Virus record (IMG/VR): IMGVR_UViG_3300028586_000785
Source of the DNA: an uncultured virus (IMG/VR IMGVR_UViG_3300028586_000785)
Taxonomy: Duplodnaviria > Heunggongvirae > Uroviricota > Caudoviricetes
DNA length: 64,000 nucleotides
Reading direction: 5' to 3' (one strand)
Shown here: positions 9,309-18,107 of the stretch, one piece after another
How positions within the stretch are numbered: the first letter of the stretch is position 1
Layout: each line of letters starts with the position of its first letter
Notes under the pieces: model-generated
What the model was told of the DNA's origin: nothing
What the model saw: only the letters and a program-made list of their open reading frames with translations
The model's database searches: none
Made by a program: the position numbers and the translations under genes

Positions 9309-9874
9309 CGTCCCAACCCCTCTACATCAGCATCCATCGAAGACAGCAAGCTCGATATCAGAGAGTCATCCACGTCGAGCTTCACCAACTTGCTCAGCGT
9401 CTCCCAGGTCAGATATCCCGGTAGCGCACCCGCAGCGAGACGATAGTGCACCGCTACCTCATCAGCAGTCAGCGCGAGAATCTCCTGAGGACGGCAGCTA
9501 AACGCCAGAGCGTATGCCTGCAACAAAGTCGCACCTTCGAATCTTTCCCGCAACACTTCCGAGACCTGCTGCTTAGGAGTGATACCGCATTCTGCGTAAC
9601 CATACGTGGCAAGCACAAACGACTCTCTGATGAGGTGGATGCGGTCTGGGTTAGGCATCTGACCCTCAGGGAGTAATGCAAAGACCCGGCGGTTGTTGAG
9701 TACTAATGCCGCAGCACGCGACCGCGACTCCATCACTGACAGAGCAGGGTCATGTGAATATGGACCATCTACCACTTCTCGCACCGCTTGAAGAAATTCT
9801 GCCAACGGGCGCTCGGCAGATATGAAGCGCTCAACATCTGCTTCGGTAAGAGGACGACCATTACCATTCAACAT
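9305..9874 (-). CDS. Paralog-array family protein (copy 14)
   Basis: SCRPQEILAL...LTWETL...DVDDSLISSLL; start refined to MLNGNG. Confidence 0.8.
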   Translation of the reverse strand: MLNGNGRPLTEADVERFISAERPLAEFLQAVREVVDGPYSHDPALSVMESRSRAAALVLNNRRVFALLPEGQMPNPDRIHLIRESFVLATYGYAECGITPKQQVSEVLRERFEGATLLQAYALAFSCRPQEILALTADEVAVHYRLAAGALPGYLTWETLSKLVKLDVDDSLISSLLSSMDADVEGLGR

Positions 9875-10448
9875 CTGACACCTCTTCACTATCGGTGATA
9901 TCAGAAGAAGCCAGTAGGCTCGACACGAGGGCAGCATCCACATCCATCTCCGACCATTCTCGCAGCACATCCCAAGGTAGCTTCCGAGGTATACCGCTCA
10001 AAGCAAGTCGATAGTACGACCGAACTTCATCAGCGTTCCAATCGAGAATCTGCTCAGGGTAGCCAAAGCTCAGCGCATACGCTTGAACCAAGGTCACCCC
10101 GTCATACCGCTCCCGCAGCACCTGAGATATCTGAGTAGGGGTGATGAACAGTGTCATCTTGTGATGACCATAGGTGTCATGAATGTACGTGGCGAGAACG
10201 AACGCCTCCGTGGCAATGCTCACCTTCTCATCCTCAGAGAGGGAGTCAGGCAGCAGGCTGAGAATCCGGTCGTTCTCAGCGACACGTCGCGTGTAGTACG
10301 CGCGCGAAACTTCCGGGGTCATGGAGTCTACGAACTCCTTAGGGTTATCTACCGCTTTGCGGACGAACTGACGGAAGTCGTTCAAGGCTAGCTGAGCGGA
10401 GTGGAAGCGCTCACTTGCGAGTACATCACTTGTTCGGACTTCCGACAT
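9861..10448 (-). CDS. Paralog-array family protein (copy 15; first gene of a 10-gene run)
   Basis: GYPEQILDW...LPWDVL...DVDAALVSSLL; AGGAG RBS before MSEVRT. Confidence 0.8.
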   Translation of the reverse strand: MSEVRTSDVLASERFHSAQLALNDFRQFVRKAVDNPKEFVDSMTPEVSRAYYTRRVAENDRILSLLPDSLSEDEKVSIATEAFVLATYIHDTYGHHKMTLFITPTQISQVLRERYDGVTLVQAYALSFGYPEQILDWNADEVRSYYRLALSGIPRKLPWDVLREWSEMDVDAALVSSLLASSDITDSEEVSDVEW

Positions 10449-10475
10449 GTGCTCTCTCCTGATAGACGAACACGA

Positions 10476-10508
10476 ATAGTACCAGCGAAGCACTGTTCAA
10501 GCAAATCG
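10476..10508 (-). promoter_or_regulatory. Promoter of the 10-gene paralog run, with the CGATTTG motif
   Basis: CGAT-TTGCTT-17-TACTAT. Confidence 0.6.
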
Positions 10509-10529
10509 CGTACTACCCAGAGACGACAA

Positions 10530-10562
10530 AGCGCCTCCCGCCAGATTCCGGTAAGAGGCGCT
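10530..10562. terminator. Intrinsic terminator
   Basis: AGCGCCTC...GAGGCGCT stem. Confidence 0.6.
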
Positions 10563-10574
10563 AGACCTATGTGG

Positions 10575-10736
10575 TCATGCAGGATGCTTTTTGGGAAATA
10601 CGGGTTTGATCAACTGCGACATGACGTAGAGAGCTAGGATGATGCCGCCTACCACCGCAGCGAGTTGGAGAGCCAGGAGCGTGAAGACGAACAGGTAAAA
10701 GTTGAGCCACAAGTAGCCGGTGAGAATGGTTTCCAT
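10575..10736 (-). CDS. 53-aa membrane peptide (not in the ORF track)
   Basis: METILTGYLWLNFYLFVFTLLALQLAAVVGGIILALYVMSQLIKPVFPKKHPA; AGGAG RBS; promoter TGGACA-17-TATATT at 10771-10799. Confidence 0.7.
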   Translation of the reverse strand: METILTGYLWLNFYLFVFTLLALQLAAVVGGIILALYVMSQLIKPVFPKKHPA

Positions 10737-10827
10737 GATGCGCTCCTAGGTGCATAGTGTTCTTGCTCAGAATATACCACCACACAAGAGTGATGTCCAT
10801 TCGTGTTCATCAGCACCAAAAGGAGAA

Positions 10828-10855
10828 CGCCTCCCACTGTGTTCGATGAGAGGCG
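10828..10855. terminator. Intrinsic terminator
   Basis: CGCCTC...GAGGCG stem, similar to the one at 10530. Confidence 0.55.
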
Positions 10856-10869
10856 CTAGATCGAATGCC

Positions 10870-11025
10870 CTACGCGGCGGACTTCCGAGCGAGACGCTTC
10901 ATGCGAAGGATGGTGCGGAACTCACGGGTCTCGTCTGCGATGGCGACGAAGAGGATGAGGGAAACCGCAGCAGTGCCCACGAGAACGAAGGTGACGTAGA
11001 AGATGTTGGCGATGATGGTTTCCAT
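10870..11025 (-). CDS. 51-aa membrane peptide (not in the ORF track)
   Basis: METIIANIFYVTFVLVGTAAVSLILFVAIADETREFRTILRMKRLARKSAA; AAGGAG RBS; promoter TGGACA-17-TAGAAT at 11066-11094. Confidence 0.75.
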   Translation of the reverse strand: METIIANIFYVTFVLVGTAAVSLILFVAIADETREFRTILRMKRLARKSAA

Positions 11026-11111
11026 GATGCTCTCCTTGGTAGGTGACTGCCTTGCTGTTACCTAGATTCTATCACCAAACAGCTTGACTGTCCAAACACA
11101 GCCACGACGCT

Positions 11112-11300
11112 CTACAGGGACAAATCAGCGAGCGATGCTGTTTCACTTCTCTGCTCGCGTCTCCGTTCACGAGCGGCGACAATGTTGTCTGTCGCAATCA
11201 CGATTGCCTCAATGACAAAAAGCGCAGTCATGATGTAGAGAATTACCATGACGGGGAGACTAAAGGCTTCACTGAATACTGCCGTGTTACTTCCACCCAT
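11112..11300 (-). CDS. Small single-TM protein
   Basis: Hydrophobic stretch then a basic tail; AGGA RBS before MGGSN. Confidence 0.55.
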   Translation of the reverse strand: MGGSNTAVFSEAFSLPVMVILYIMTALFVIEAIVIATDNIVAARERRREQRSETASLADLSL

Positions 11301-11360
11301 GTGACTTTTCCTATCGATTGATGTAGCGCTTCGGCAGCAGTGTAGCACCAATCCCATCAC

Positions 11361-11621
11361 TCAGCTACTGAGCACCTCGACCAGTGAGATGACCTGAGCG
11401 TTGTCGCCGTAGACCCACCGACCGTCATAACGACGTGCGCTCCACTCAGCACCCTTCGGCTGACCATCGGCAATGGTCTGGAAGAAAGCCTGGCGCTGGT
11501 CTCCCTCACCCTCGACGCGGAGGAACGTGTCGGTCTCGAACTCCAACGCTCCACCGTAGCCCGCGTGGAACTTGAGCTTGACGACACTGCCGGGTGTCAG
11601 AGAGTCGATGCGCTTAGCCAT
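11361..11621 (-). CDS. Small hypothetical protein
   Basis: Start MAKRIDS with a GGAAG RBS; promoter TTGTGC-17-TAGAGT at 11653-11681. Confidence 0.75.
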   Translation of the reverse strand: MAKRIDSLTPGSVVKLKFHAGYGGALEFETDTFLRVEGEGDQRQAFFQTIADGQPKGAEWSARRYDGRWVYGDNAQVISLVEVLSS

Positions 11622-11706
11622 GTGCTGTGTCTTCCGGTCGTAGTTGATTACCACTCTACTCCGATTTGGTGTCGAGCACAACTAGACCATCAACGACGAC
11701 AGCGCG

Positions 11707-12234
11707 TCATGACCTCATCAGGTTCGCTATCAGAGACGAATCGATACCCTCATCCACGCACGCCATCAGGGTTGCCCAGGATGGCTGGACACCGGTCTTC
11801 AAGAGGGCAGCGAACGCCGCGTTAACCACCTCCGGCGAAAGAGCTATCACGTCAGCCGTCTCATACCCAAGCATCAAGGTCAGAGCTTCCAACCGGGTTC
11901 CACCTTCAAACGCTTTCAGTGCCGCGTTGATTCGCAGCCAGTCACTGTTCACATCGGTCGTGGCATCACCCATCGAGATCTCATCAGAAGAGCGCAGCAT
12001 CGTTCCTACCACTAACGCATCCTGCATCGCCTTCGTACGATGACTCTTAGTTACATCCCTGGGGAAGAGCTTCCGGTATACGACATCGGGATAGCCCAAC
12101 GTCGAGATATGCCTAGGGAGGTCGTTCTCATAAATCTCACCGCCGACCATAACCTGTGCGACCAAGCTGTTGCGTCGTCCCGTAAAATTACGCAAGGCGA
12201 TTTGCTCTTTCGTAAAGCTTGGACCGACTGCCAT
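11707..12234 (-). CDS. Paralog-array family protein (copy 16)
   Basis: GYETADVIAL...PSWATL...GIDSSLIANLM. Confidence 0.8.
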   Translation of the reverse strand: MAVGPSFTKEQIALRNFTGRRNSLVAQVMVGGEIYENDLPRHISTLGYPDVVYRKLFPRDVTKSHRTKAMQDALVVGTMLRSSDEISMGDATTDVNSDWLRINAALKAFEGGTRLEALTLMLGYETADVIALSPEVVNAAFAALLKTGVQPSWATLMACVDEGIDSSLIANLMRS

Positions 12235-12301
12235 AACTCACCCCTCCCTTGATAGGTGCGCCAAGCTAACACCTCCTGACATTCCAAGTCAAACAGGATA
12301 C

Positions 12302-12340
12302 GACAATGCGCCCCACCATGTTTCGGCAGGGCGCATTGTC
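12302..12340. terminator. Intrinsic terminator
   Basis: GACAATGCGCCC/GGGCGCATTGTC 12-bp inverted repeat. Confidence 0.7.
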
Positions 12341-12349
12341 AGAGCGTGC

Positions 12350-12724
12350 TCAGTAGTTAATGAGACCCGCGTCCCGGTCGTCCTGAACCGCCTGAACCTC
12401 ACGGAGAAGCTGACGGAAGTTCGGGGTACCGATGAACGCCTCGTCTGCGAACTTGACAGCAGCGTCGTGGTCGCCGTTGAACGTGAACGCAGCGTGTGCG
12501 ACGAAGCGGTCGGAGCCGTCCTCGGGAGTGACGTAGACCCCGGCATCCTCGATGCTGAACGAACGCTCGGCGTGGTCGAGAGCTTTCGCCTCATCGAAGC
12601 CCGCGCCGACGAAGAACGTCATCTCGATGTAGGAGATGCCATCGCGCTCCGTCACCGTGCGCGTGGTACCCATGAGGGACGATGCGGTGGAGCGAGTGGC
12701 GGTGGGAGCGGTGATGGTGCTCAT
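12350..12724 (-). CDS. Hypothetical protein
   Basis: High-GC codon usage, GGAG RBS, promoter TTGCAC-17-TAGTGT at 12765-12793. Confidence 0.75.
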   Translation of the reverse strand: MSTITAPTATRSTASSLMGTTRTVTERDGISYIEMTFFVGAGFDEAKALDHAERSFSIEDAGVYVTPEDGSDRFVAHAAFTFNGDHDAAVKFADEAFIGTPNFRQLLREVQAVQDDRDAGLINY

Positions 12725-12811
12725 GATGACTCCAAGGTGAGGTTGAGTGGCTGGTGTGATTTACACACTACATGGTTTCTGTCATGAGTGCAACGCAGCA
12801 ACCTTCTTAGC

Positions 12812-13360
12812 TCACGGTCTCGACATCGACAGGAAGCCATCGGGGTGGTTCGTGAGGCTATCCATCAGACCTAGGTCGATGTCCTCGGTGACACACCTTA
12901 CGTAGACTGCCAACGGTCGTTGCACTCTGGTACTCAGCACCATGTCGAAAACATCCGAGATCGTCTCCGGGGAAAGAGCTACCACGTCAGCCGTCTCATA
13001 CCCAAGCGTCAACGTGAATGCCTTCACCGCATCGATACCCGTGAACGAATCCAACACAGCCTCGACCGTCTGCCGGTTACGAACCAAGTCGTCTGTCACG
13101 TCACCGTCCATGCGCTCCTGAACAGAGCGCAGCGTTGTCCCGACGATGAAAGCGTCCTCTATCACGGTGAATCGCGTCTTTTCAGAAGTAGTCTTCGGGA
13201 AGAGATACTTGAATGTTTCATCTCTAGATGCGACGTAACTGAACGTGTAAGCAAGATAGTCGTTGTACACCATCGCTCTATGAACCATGCTATCGCGGCG
13301 CAGCCGGAAGACACGGAGGGCGTTGCTTACTCTTTTCGCCTTACGATGAAACAGGTCCAT
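12812..13360 (-). CDS. Paralog-array family protein (copy 17)
   Basis: GYETADVVAL...DIDLGLMDSL; start refined to MDLF. Confidence 0.8.
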   Translation of the reverse strand: MDLFHRKAKRVSNALRVFRLRRDSMVHRAMVYNDYLAYTFSYVASRDETFKYLFPKTTSEKTRFTVIEDAFIVGTTLRSVQERMDGDVTDDLVRNRQTVEAVLDSFTGIDAVKAFTLTLGYETADVVALSPETISDVFDMVLSTRVQRPLAVYVRCVTEDIDLGLMDSLTNHPDGFLSMSRP

Positions 13361-13428
13361 ACTCCATCCTCTCATGGAAACGGTATCTCACCAAATCGGC
13401 AAGGTCTGTGCCACCCATACACGACGAA

Positions 13429-13459
13429 GCCCCACCGGCTCAGAAAGAACCGATGGGGC
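13429..13459. terminator. Putative terminator
   Basis: GCCCCA...TGGGGC stem downstream of the 13498 stop. Confidence 0.45.
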
Positions 13460-13497
13460 GAATGCTCATTCAGCATAGCGCATCCATATGAGAAGTC

Positions 13498-14274
13498 CTA
13501 GCGCTTTGTAAAATCCATCGTCAGTGCGCTGGATACCTTCACAGCCGTCTGGGTGACGAACGACTGCTCTGCCTCCTGAGGAATGCCGTCAGGGAATCCG
13601 AAGTACGCATCGACGTTCTTCTCGTCGGTCATCTCCACCACGATGGACTGACCGTCACGAACACCCATGTGACCGCTCCACGCCGACACAAGACTCGTTT
13701 CAGGCTGGACACCAGTCACATCAAGGAAGCGACCATCAGGAGCTTGCACGGCGACATGCACCCACTCCACCTCTGAGGTGGCTTCCGTCTTGATACCGAT
13801 AGTGGCGATGGGGTAACCCTCTGTGCGGTGAAGCTCTTTCGCCAGTGCTGCACAATCGCCCTGACTGAACGTCTCGCTCTCGTCATCGCTCATGAAAAAG
13901 AAGTACGCCGAAGCACTCGGGTCGGTGATGCCTGCCTGGTACTCGTCTCGCAGTGTGGTCGCTGCCTTCATCGTTTTAGTGTGACCGCTGTCATACCCAC
14001 CAAAGGAGCAGTTGTAGGGCGATGAACATTTCTCCACCACGCCGTCATCTGAACGGACATGCCAGTCCGACGCACCACGAGATGCAGGAGAGGGCTTCGC
14101 CGGAGCAGGCTCGACAGGCATGGGTGCGGGCGGAGCTTCTATGACAGTTGCTGCTCTGGGTGGTTCAGTCTTAACCGAAGCAAGACGCTCGGTAGTCGCC
14201 TCAGAGGGCGGGTTGACCATACGTGTCGTAGAAACACCGTTCTTGTCGATGATTCTCTTCACGATGCGGAACAT
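13498..14274 (-). CDS. Hypothetical protein with an H..C..C..H motif and a possible Cys-His-Asp domain
   Basis: WHVRSDDGVVEKCSSPYNCSFGGYDSGH, then FSQGDCAALA...WVHVAV...FLDVTG. Confidence 0.65.
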   Translation of the reverse strand: MFRIVKRIIDKNGVSTTRMVNPPSEATTERLASVKTEPPRAATVIEAPPAPMPVEPAPAKPSPASRGASDWHVRSDDGVVEKCSSPYNCSFGGYDSGHTKTMKAATTLRDEYQAGITDPSASAYFFFMSDDESETFSQGDCAALAKELHRTEGYPIATIGIKTEATSEVEWVHVAVQAPDGRFLDVTGVQPETSLVSAWSGHMGVRDGQSIVVEMTDEKNVDAYFGFPDGIPQEAEQSFVTQTAVKVSSALTMDFTKR

Positions 14275-14288
14275 GACTCAATGGTACA

Positions 14289-14996
14289 TCAGACCACAGT
14301 GAGCGGTTTCTGGTCAGTGACCATCCTCAGACTAAGGGACTGACCATCGAAGAATGATTGAGCCAATTCAAGGTCGATGTCCGCCCGCATCGAGACGATG
14401 ATGACTTCGTGTCTGAATCCCGCCTGGTGTAGTTCTACCAACCGACGCGAGTCGTACAAGGTGACATCATCCTCGGAGAACCCCAGCAGGAGAGCTACGG
14501 CGACACTCTGCGCCAGGTCACCATCCTTGATGCCCTTGGTCGCGGCAGAGATTTTCGCTTGCATTCTGTACGACGCGAGGTAATCGATGTCTACTACTTG
14601 GTGGTAGGAGATATCGTGACCGTACCAGTCATCATCATTGACCGGACCAACGATGAGAGTCTCCAAGCCACTGTTGATGATACCGCTCACAAACCTTCGT
14701 GGTGTCCCTGCTGCTCGAAGAGGGTCATGCGAACGATGAACTGACAGGCATGTCATGACCATAGAGTACGTGACCGTCGCCAGACCTAGCAACATGAGAC
14801 CAGCACCAACAGCGAGGAGGTATACCGGAGCATGCCTACCTTCGTTGGGCGATACAAGCGGAGCAAACCAGAAGAGCGCCACCATATACGCCCCAAGGAT
14901 GATTGGTGCCAAGATAAGCATGGGGAATCCACCATGCTCCCAGACTCTTGTGAGTTCCGCCTTATGAAACCTACTCTTCACGTAGTCAGTGATCAT
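14289..14996 (-). CDS. Two-TM membrane protein fused to a divergent array-family C-terminal motif (copy 18)
   Basis: Two TM helices; C-terminal ALLLGFSEDDV...ADIDLELAQSF; ATGA overlap with the upstream gene. Confidence 0.7.
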   Translation of the reverse strand: MITDYVKSRFHKAELTRVWEHGGFPMLILAPIILGAYMVALFWFAPLVSPNEGRHAPVYLLAVGAGLMLLGLATVTYSMVMTCLSVHRSHDPLRAAGTPRRFVSGIINSGLETLIVGPVNDDDWYGHDISYHQVVDIDYLASYRMQAKISAATKGIKDGDLAQSVAVALLLGFSEDDVTLYDSRRLVELHQAGFRHEVIIVSMRADIDLELAQSFFDGQSLSLRMVTDQKPLTVV

Positions 14997-15283
14997 CGGT
15001 CGCCTCCGGAAGACATAGCCGCCTGATACGCGCGCTCGAACTTGGCATCTAACTCCGGAGTGGTCTCCGGACCATAGACCGCCAGCCACAGACGCAAGAC
15101 CCGCTTCGACTGCTTCACATCGGCAGGGCTGATTTTCGTGCCGCGAATCTTGTACCAGCGATGCATGCGCGCCGGGAAGTCAATCCAGTCAGAGATGCGA
15201 CCCTTCTTGAAGTCGCGGGTGTCAACCTCGGCAAGAGAATTCCTGATAGCGAGCAGGCGCGGGTTGTTCCGACTGGTAGTCAT
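14993..15283 (-). CDS. Small basic hypothetical protein, probably leaderless
   Basis: TTGCGC-17-TAGTGT (15291-15319) ends 7 nt before the ATG. Confidence 0.7.
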   Translation of the reverse strand: MTTSRNNPRLLAIRNSLAEVDTRDFKKGRISDWIDFPARMHRWYKIRGTKISPADVKQSKRVLRLWLAVYGPETTPELDAKFERAYQAAMSSGGDR

Positions 15284-15337
15284 ACTTTCAACACTACATC
15301 ACAATAGTGTGAAGCGCAATATACCCAAACCGACTCA

Positions 15338-15871
15338 TCACGCCAGGAGCGCAGCAGTCAATCCTTCATCGATGTCCTCATTCAAGAGCATGAGCAGAAC
15401 ATCCCACGAGACGTGTTGATGAGCGCTGCTCAGAACCCTGAGCGCCTGGGTCACCTCATCACCCGTCAACGTCAATACCTGCTCTGCCGGGTAAGCCAAC
15501 GTCAACACGTACGCAGGAAGCTTACGCAGCGGGTCCAGCCCCGAGAGCAAGTCATCGGTCGCGGTGCCCCTGAGTATCTCCAACGCGCCGGGTGGTGTGG
15601 TCCTACCCTTCATCTTCACTGACAGGAGTTTCGTCCCGATACCGAGCAGACGACGAAGCTCTTTCTTCCTAGCGTATACTGGGAGGTCGGCTTCGAAGAA
15701 TTCGCTGTAGCGTTCATCCTTCATCACGCGGTTATACTTCGCCTCGAATGCAACCTGCCACACTCGTGGTGCTGATGCTGATCGGCTAGAGGGGATCTCT
15801 GCCACGTCGTAGCACGTTATCCCGAAATCCCGAAGCGGTGACCACGGCATCTTGATTGTCATGTCATCCAT
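15338..15871 (-). CDS. Paralog-array family protein (copy 19)
   Basis: AYPAEQVLTL...VSWDVL...DIDEGLTAALL. Confidence 0.8.
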   Translation of the reverse strand: MDDMTIKMPWSPLRDFGITCYDVAEIPSSRSASAPRVWQVAFEAKYNRVMKDERYSEFFEADLPVYARKKELRRLLGIGTKLLSVKMKGRTTPPGALEILRGTATDDLLSGLDPLRKLPAYVLTLAYPAEQVLTLTGDEVTQALRVLSSAHQHVSWDVLLMLLNEDIDEGLTAALLA

Positions 15872-16415
15872 GTGAGCCTCCCAGTATGACGGAGATTAAC
15901 GCATCATCAACTTCACCGTCAACGAACCGGAACAGGGTGTCCCACGGGATGAGTCGCTCGGTGCTTTCGACAATCCTCACCGCTTGAGTTATCTCGTCGT
16001 CAGTCAAGAGCAGCACTTGCTCCACCGGGTACGCCAGCATGAGCATGTACGCCTCCATCTGGCGGAGCCTGTTTCTACCAGAGAGCAACGTATCCACCGG
16101 AGAAGCTTGGTTAGCAGCTAGCGCCTCACTCCGGTACGATTCGTCTTCCTGAGTCCTCAGAAGCAGGAGCCGAGTCCCGATACCCAGAAGACGACGAAGC
16201 TCTGCCCGCCTCGCTTCTTTTGGCATGCTGGCTCTAAAGAACAGGCGATAGCGTTTTTCGCTCAACACCTCGCCATACATCTTCTCGAAGATCTCCCACC
16301 AAATTCTGCTGCCTTTCGGGTCGATGAATCTCAGTCGTATAGCCATCACGCTATCGCACACTGACCCGAACTGCTGGAACGGTGACCACGGCTTGTCGAG
16401 CGCCTCGTTGCTCAC
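15864..16415 (-). CDS. Paralog-array family protein (copy 20)
   Basis: AYPVEQVLLL...IPWDTL...EVDDALISVIL. Confidence 0.8.
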   Translation of the reverse strand: MSNEALDKPWSPFQQFGSVCDSVMAIRLRFIDPKGSRIWWEIFEKMYGEVLSEKRYRLFFRASMPKEARRAELRRLLGIGTRLLLLRTQEDESYRSEALAANQASPVDTLLSGRNRLRQMEAYMLMLAYPVEQVLLLTDDEITQAVRIVESTERLIPWDTLFRFVDGEVDDALISVILGGSHG

Positions 16416-16978
16416 GACAACAACATCCCAGTCAGGTCACCGTCTACGCCCGCAGCAAGGAACACGAGCAGAGCATCCCAAGTGAGAAAATGCTCGACGT
16501 TCTGGATGATGCTGAGCGCCGAAACAATCTCATCATCCGTCAGTGACACTACACTCTCCACCGGATACGCCAACGTCAGCACTACCGCACCAAGCTGAGA
16601 GGACAAACCAACCTGCGAGTAAAACTCCTGTCTCGTTGTCGTGTTGATTCTTTCCATCAGAGGTTCTAGGTCAAGCCTCGATGAGTCTTCAGCGTCCAAC
16701 GTCAAAGACAGCAGCTTCACACCGATATCGACCAGGCGAAGAAGCTCCATCTGCCTGGCATCCTGAGAAACCCCATCAGCGAAGAATGCCTGGTAGCGGT
16801 AATCCGTCGCCACCTTGTCATATTCGTTCTTGGCGAGAATCTCCAACACACCACTCGGAGCATCACGACCAGCATTCTGTCGAGGGCTGTCTACCACCTT
16901 GTAGCACGTCAACCCGAACTGCCGGAACAACGTCCATTCGTCACGGTGGTTTGCCGGATGCTCTTTCCGTTCGCTCAT
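16412..16978 (-). CDS. Paralog-array family protein (copy 21)
   Basis: AYPVESVVSL...LTWDAL...GVDGDLTGMLL. Confidence 0.8.
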   Translation of the reverse strand: MSERKEHPANHRDEWTLFRQFGLTCYKVVDSPRQNAGRDAPSGVLEILAKNEYDKVATDYRYQAFFADGVSQDARQMELLRLVDIGVKLLSLTLDAEDSSRLDLEPLMERINTTTRQEFYSQVGLSSQLGAVVLTLAYPVESVVSLTDDEIVSALSIIQNVEHFLTWDALLVFLAAGVDGDLTGMLLS

Positions 16979-17550
16979 GACAGCAACATCCCAATCAAGC
17001 CGGTATCGATGTCCTTGGTGCTCATCATGAGCAAGGCATCCCAGGTGACGAAATAGGAAGCGACTTCCACAGCGCCGAGTGCCAGAGTGATTTCTTCATC
17101 GCTCAGTTCCGCTACCTGCTCCACCGGATATACCAACGCCAGTGTCAACGCACCAAGCTGAGAGGACCGACTCACCCGCGAGAGAAACTCTTCTCGTGCG
17201 GTCTTGTTGATTCTCTTCAAGAGGCTACTGCGGTCCACCTTCGATGAGTCCTCAGCATCCACCTCAAATGTCAACGTCAGCGTCAGAAGCTTCACGCCGA
17301 TGTCCAGCAGACGACGAAGCTCTACCTTCCGCGCCTCATCCGACAGGTCAGCATCGAAGAACATGCTGTAGCGGTCGATGCTCGATACCTTGTCGTACTC
17401 CTTCTCCACGAGTGCCTTCAACACGGCTGATACAAAGCCAGACTGACTCCGAGGCATCATGTCCACCACGTCACAGCAGGTCAGTCCGAACTTACGGAAC
17501 AGTGCCCACTCACCAAGAGTCCTATCCAACTGCCTGCGCCAGGAGTTCAT
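16975..17550 (-). CDS. Paralog-array family protein (copy 22)
   Basis: VYPVEQVAEL...VTWDAL...DIDTGLIGMLL. Confidence 0.8.
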   Translation of the reverse strand: MNSWRRQLDRTLGEWALFRKFGLTCCDVVDMMPRSQSGFVSAVLKALVEKEYDKVSSIDRYSMFFDADLSDEARKVELRRLLDIGVKLLTLTLTFEVDAEDSSKVDRSSLLKRINKTAREEFLSRVSRSSQLGALTLALVYPVEQVAELSDEEITLALGAVEVASYFVTWDALLMMSTKDIDTGLIGMLLS

Positions 17551-18107
17551 GACAGCAACATCGCAGTCAGGTCACCATCGACCCCTGTGGCGCTGAGCTT
17601 GGTAAGAACATCCCAGCGGACGAAGTGAGGAACGCTCTCCACGATACCCACCGCGACGGTAACCTCGTCATCGGTCAACGAAGCGACCTGCTCCAATGAA
17701 TACGCCAACGTCAGCGTCAGCGCCCCAAGCTGAGAGTGGAGACCCACCTCCGAGCGGAATCCTTCTTGTGTCGTGTCGTTGAGCTTGTCCATGATGTCAC
17801 CCAAGTCGGACTTCGAGGTGTCATTCGCATCCAACGTCAGCGTCAGGAGCTTCACGCCGATATCGAACAAGCGTCGAAGCTCAACGCGCCGCGCATCCTC
17901 TGACAGGTCAGCATCGAAGAACTTGCTGTAGCGATTATCCCTGAGGACTCTGCTGTATTCGTTCTCCGACAAGGTGACCAGCACATCGGCTGGTGTGGAG
18001 TACTGTGACCGAGCCATGTTCACCACCGTGTAGCACGCCAACCCGAACTTACGGAACAGCGTCCACTCATCATGGTCCCTGCCCAACCTTCTCCGCCAGT
18101 AGTTCAC
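17547..18107 (-). CDS. Paralog-array family protein (copy 23)
   Basis: AYSLEQVASL...VRWDVL...GVDGDLTAMLL. Confidence 0.8.
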   Translation of the reverse strand: MNYWRRRLGRDHDEWTLFRKFGLACYTVVNMARSQYSTPADVLVTLSENEYSRVLRDNRYSKFFDADLSEDARRVELRRLFDIGVKLLTLTLDANDTSKSDLGDIMDKLNDTTQEGFRSEVGLHSQLGALTLTLAYSLEQVASLTDDEVTVAVGIVESVPHFVRWDVLTKLSATGVDGDLTAMLLS

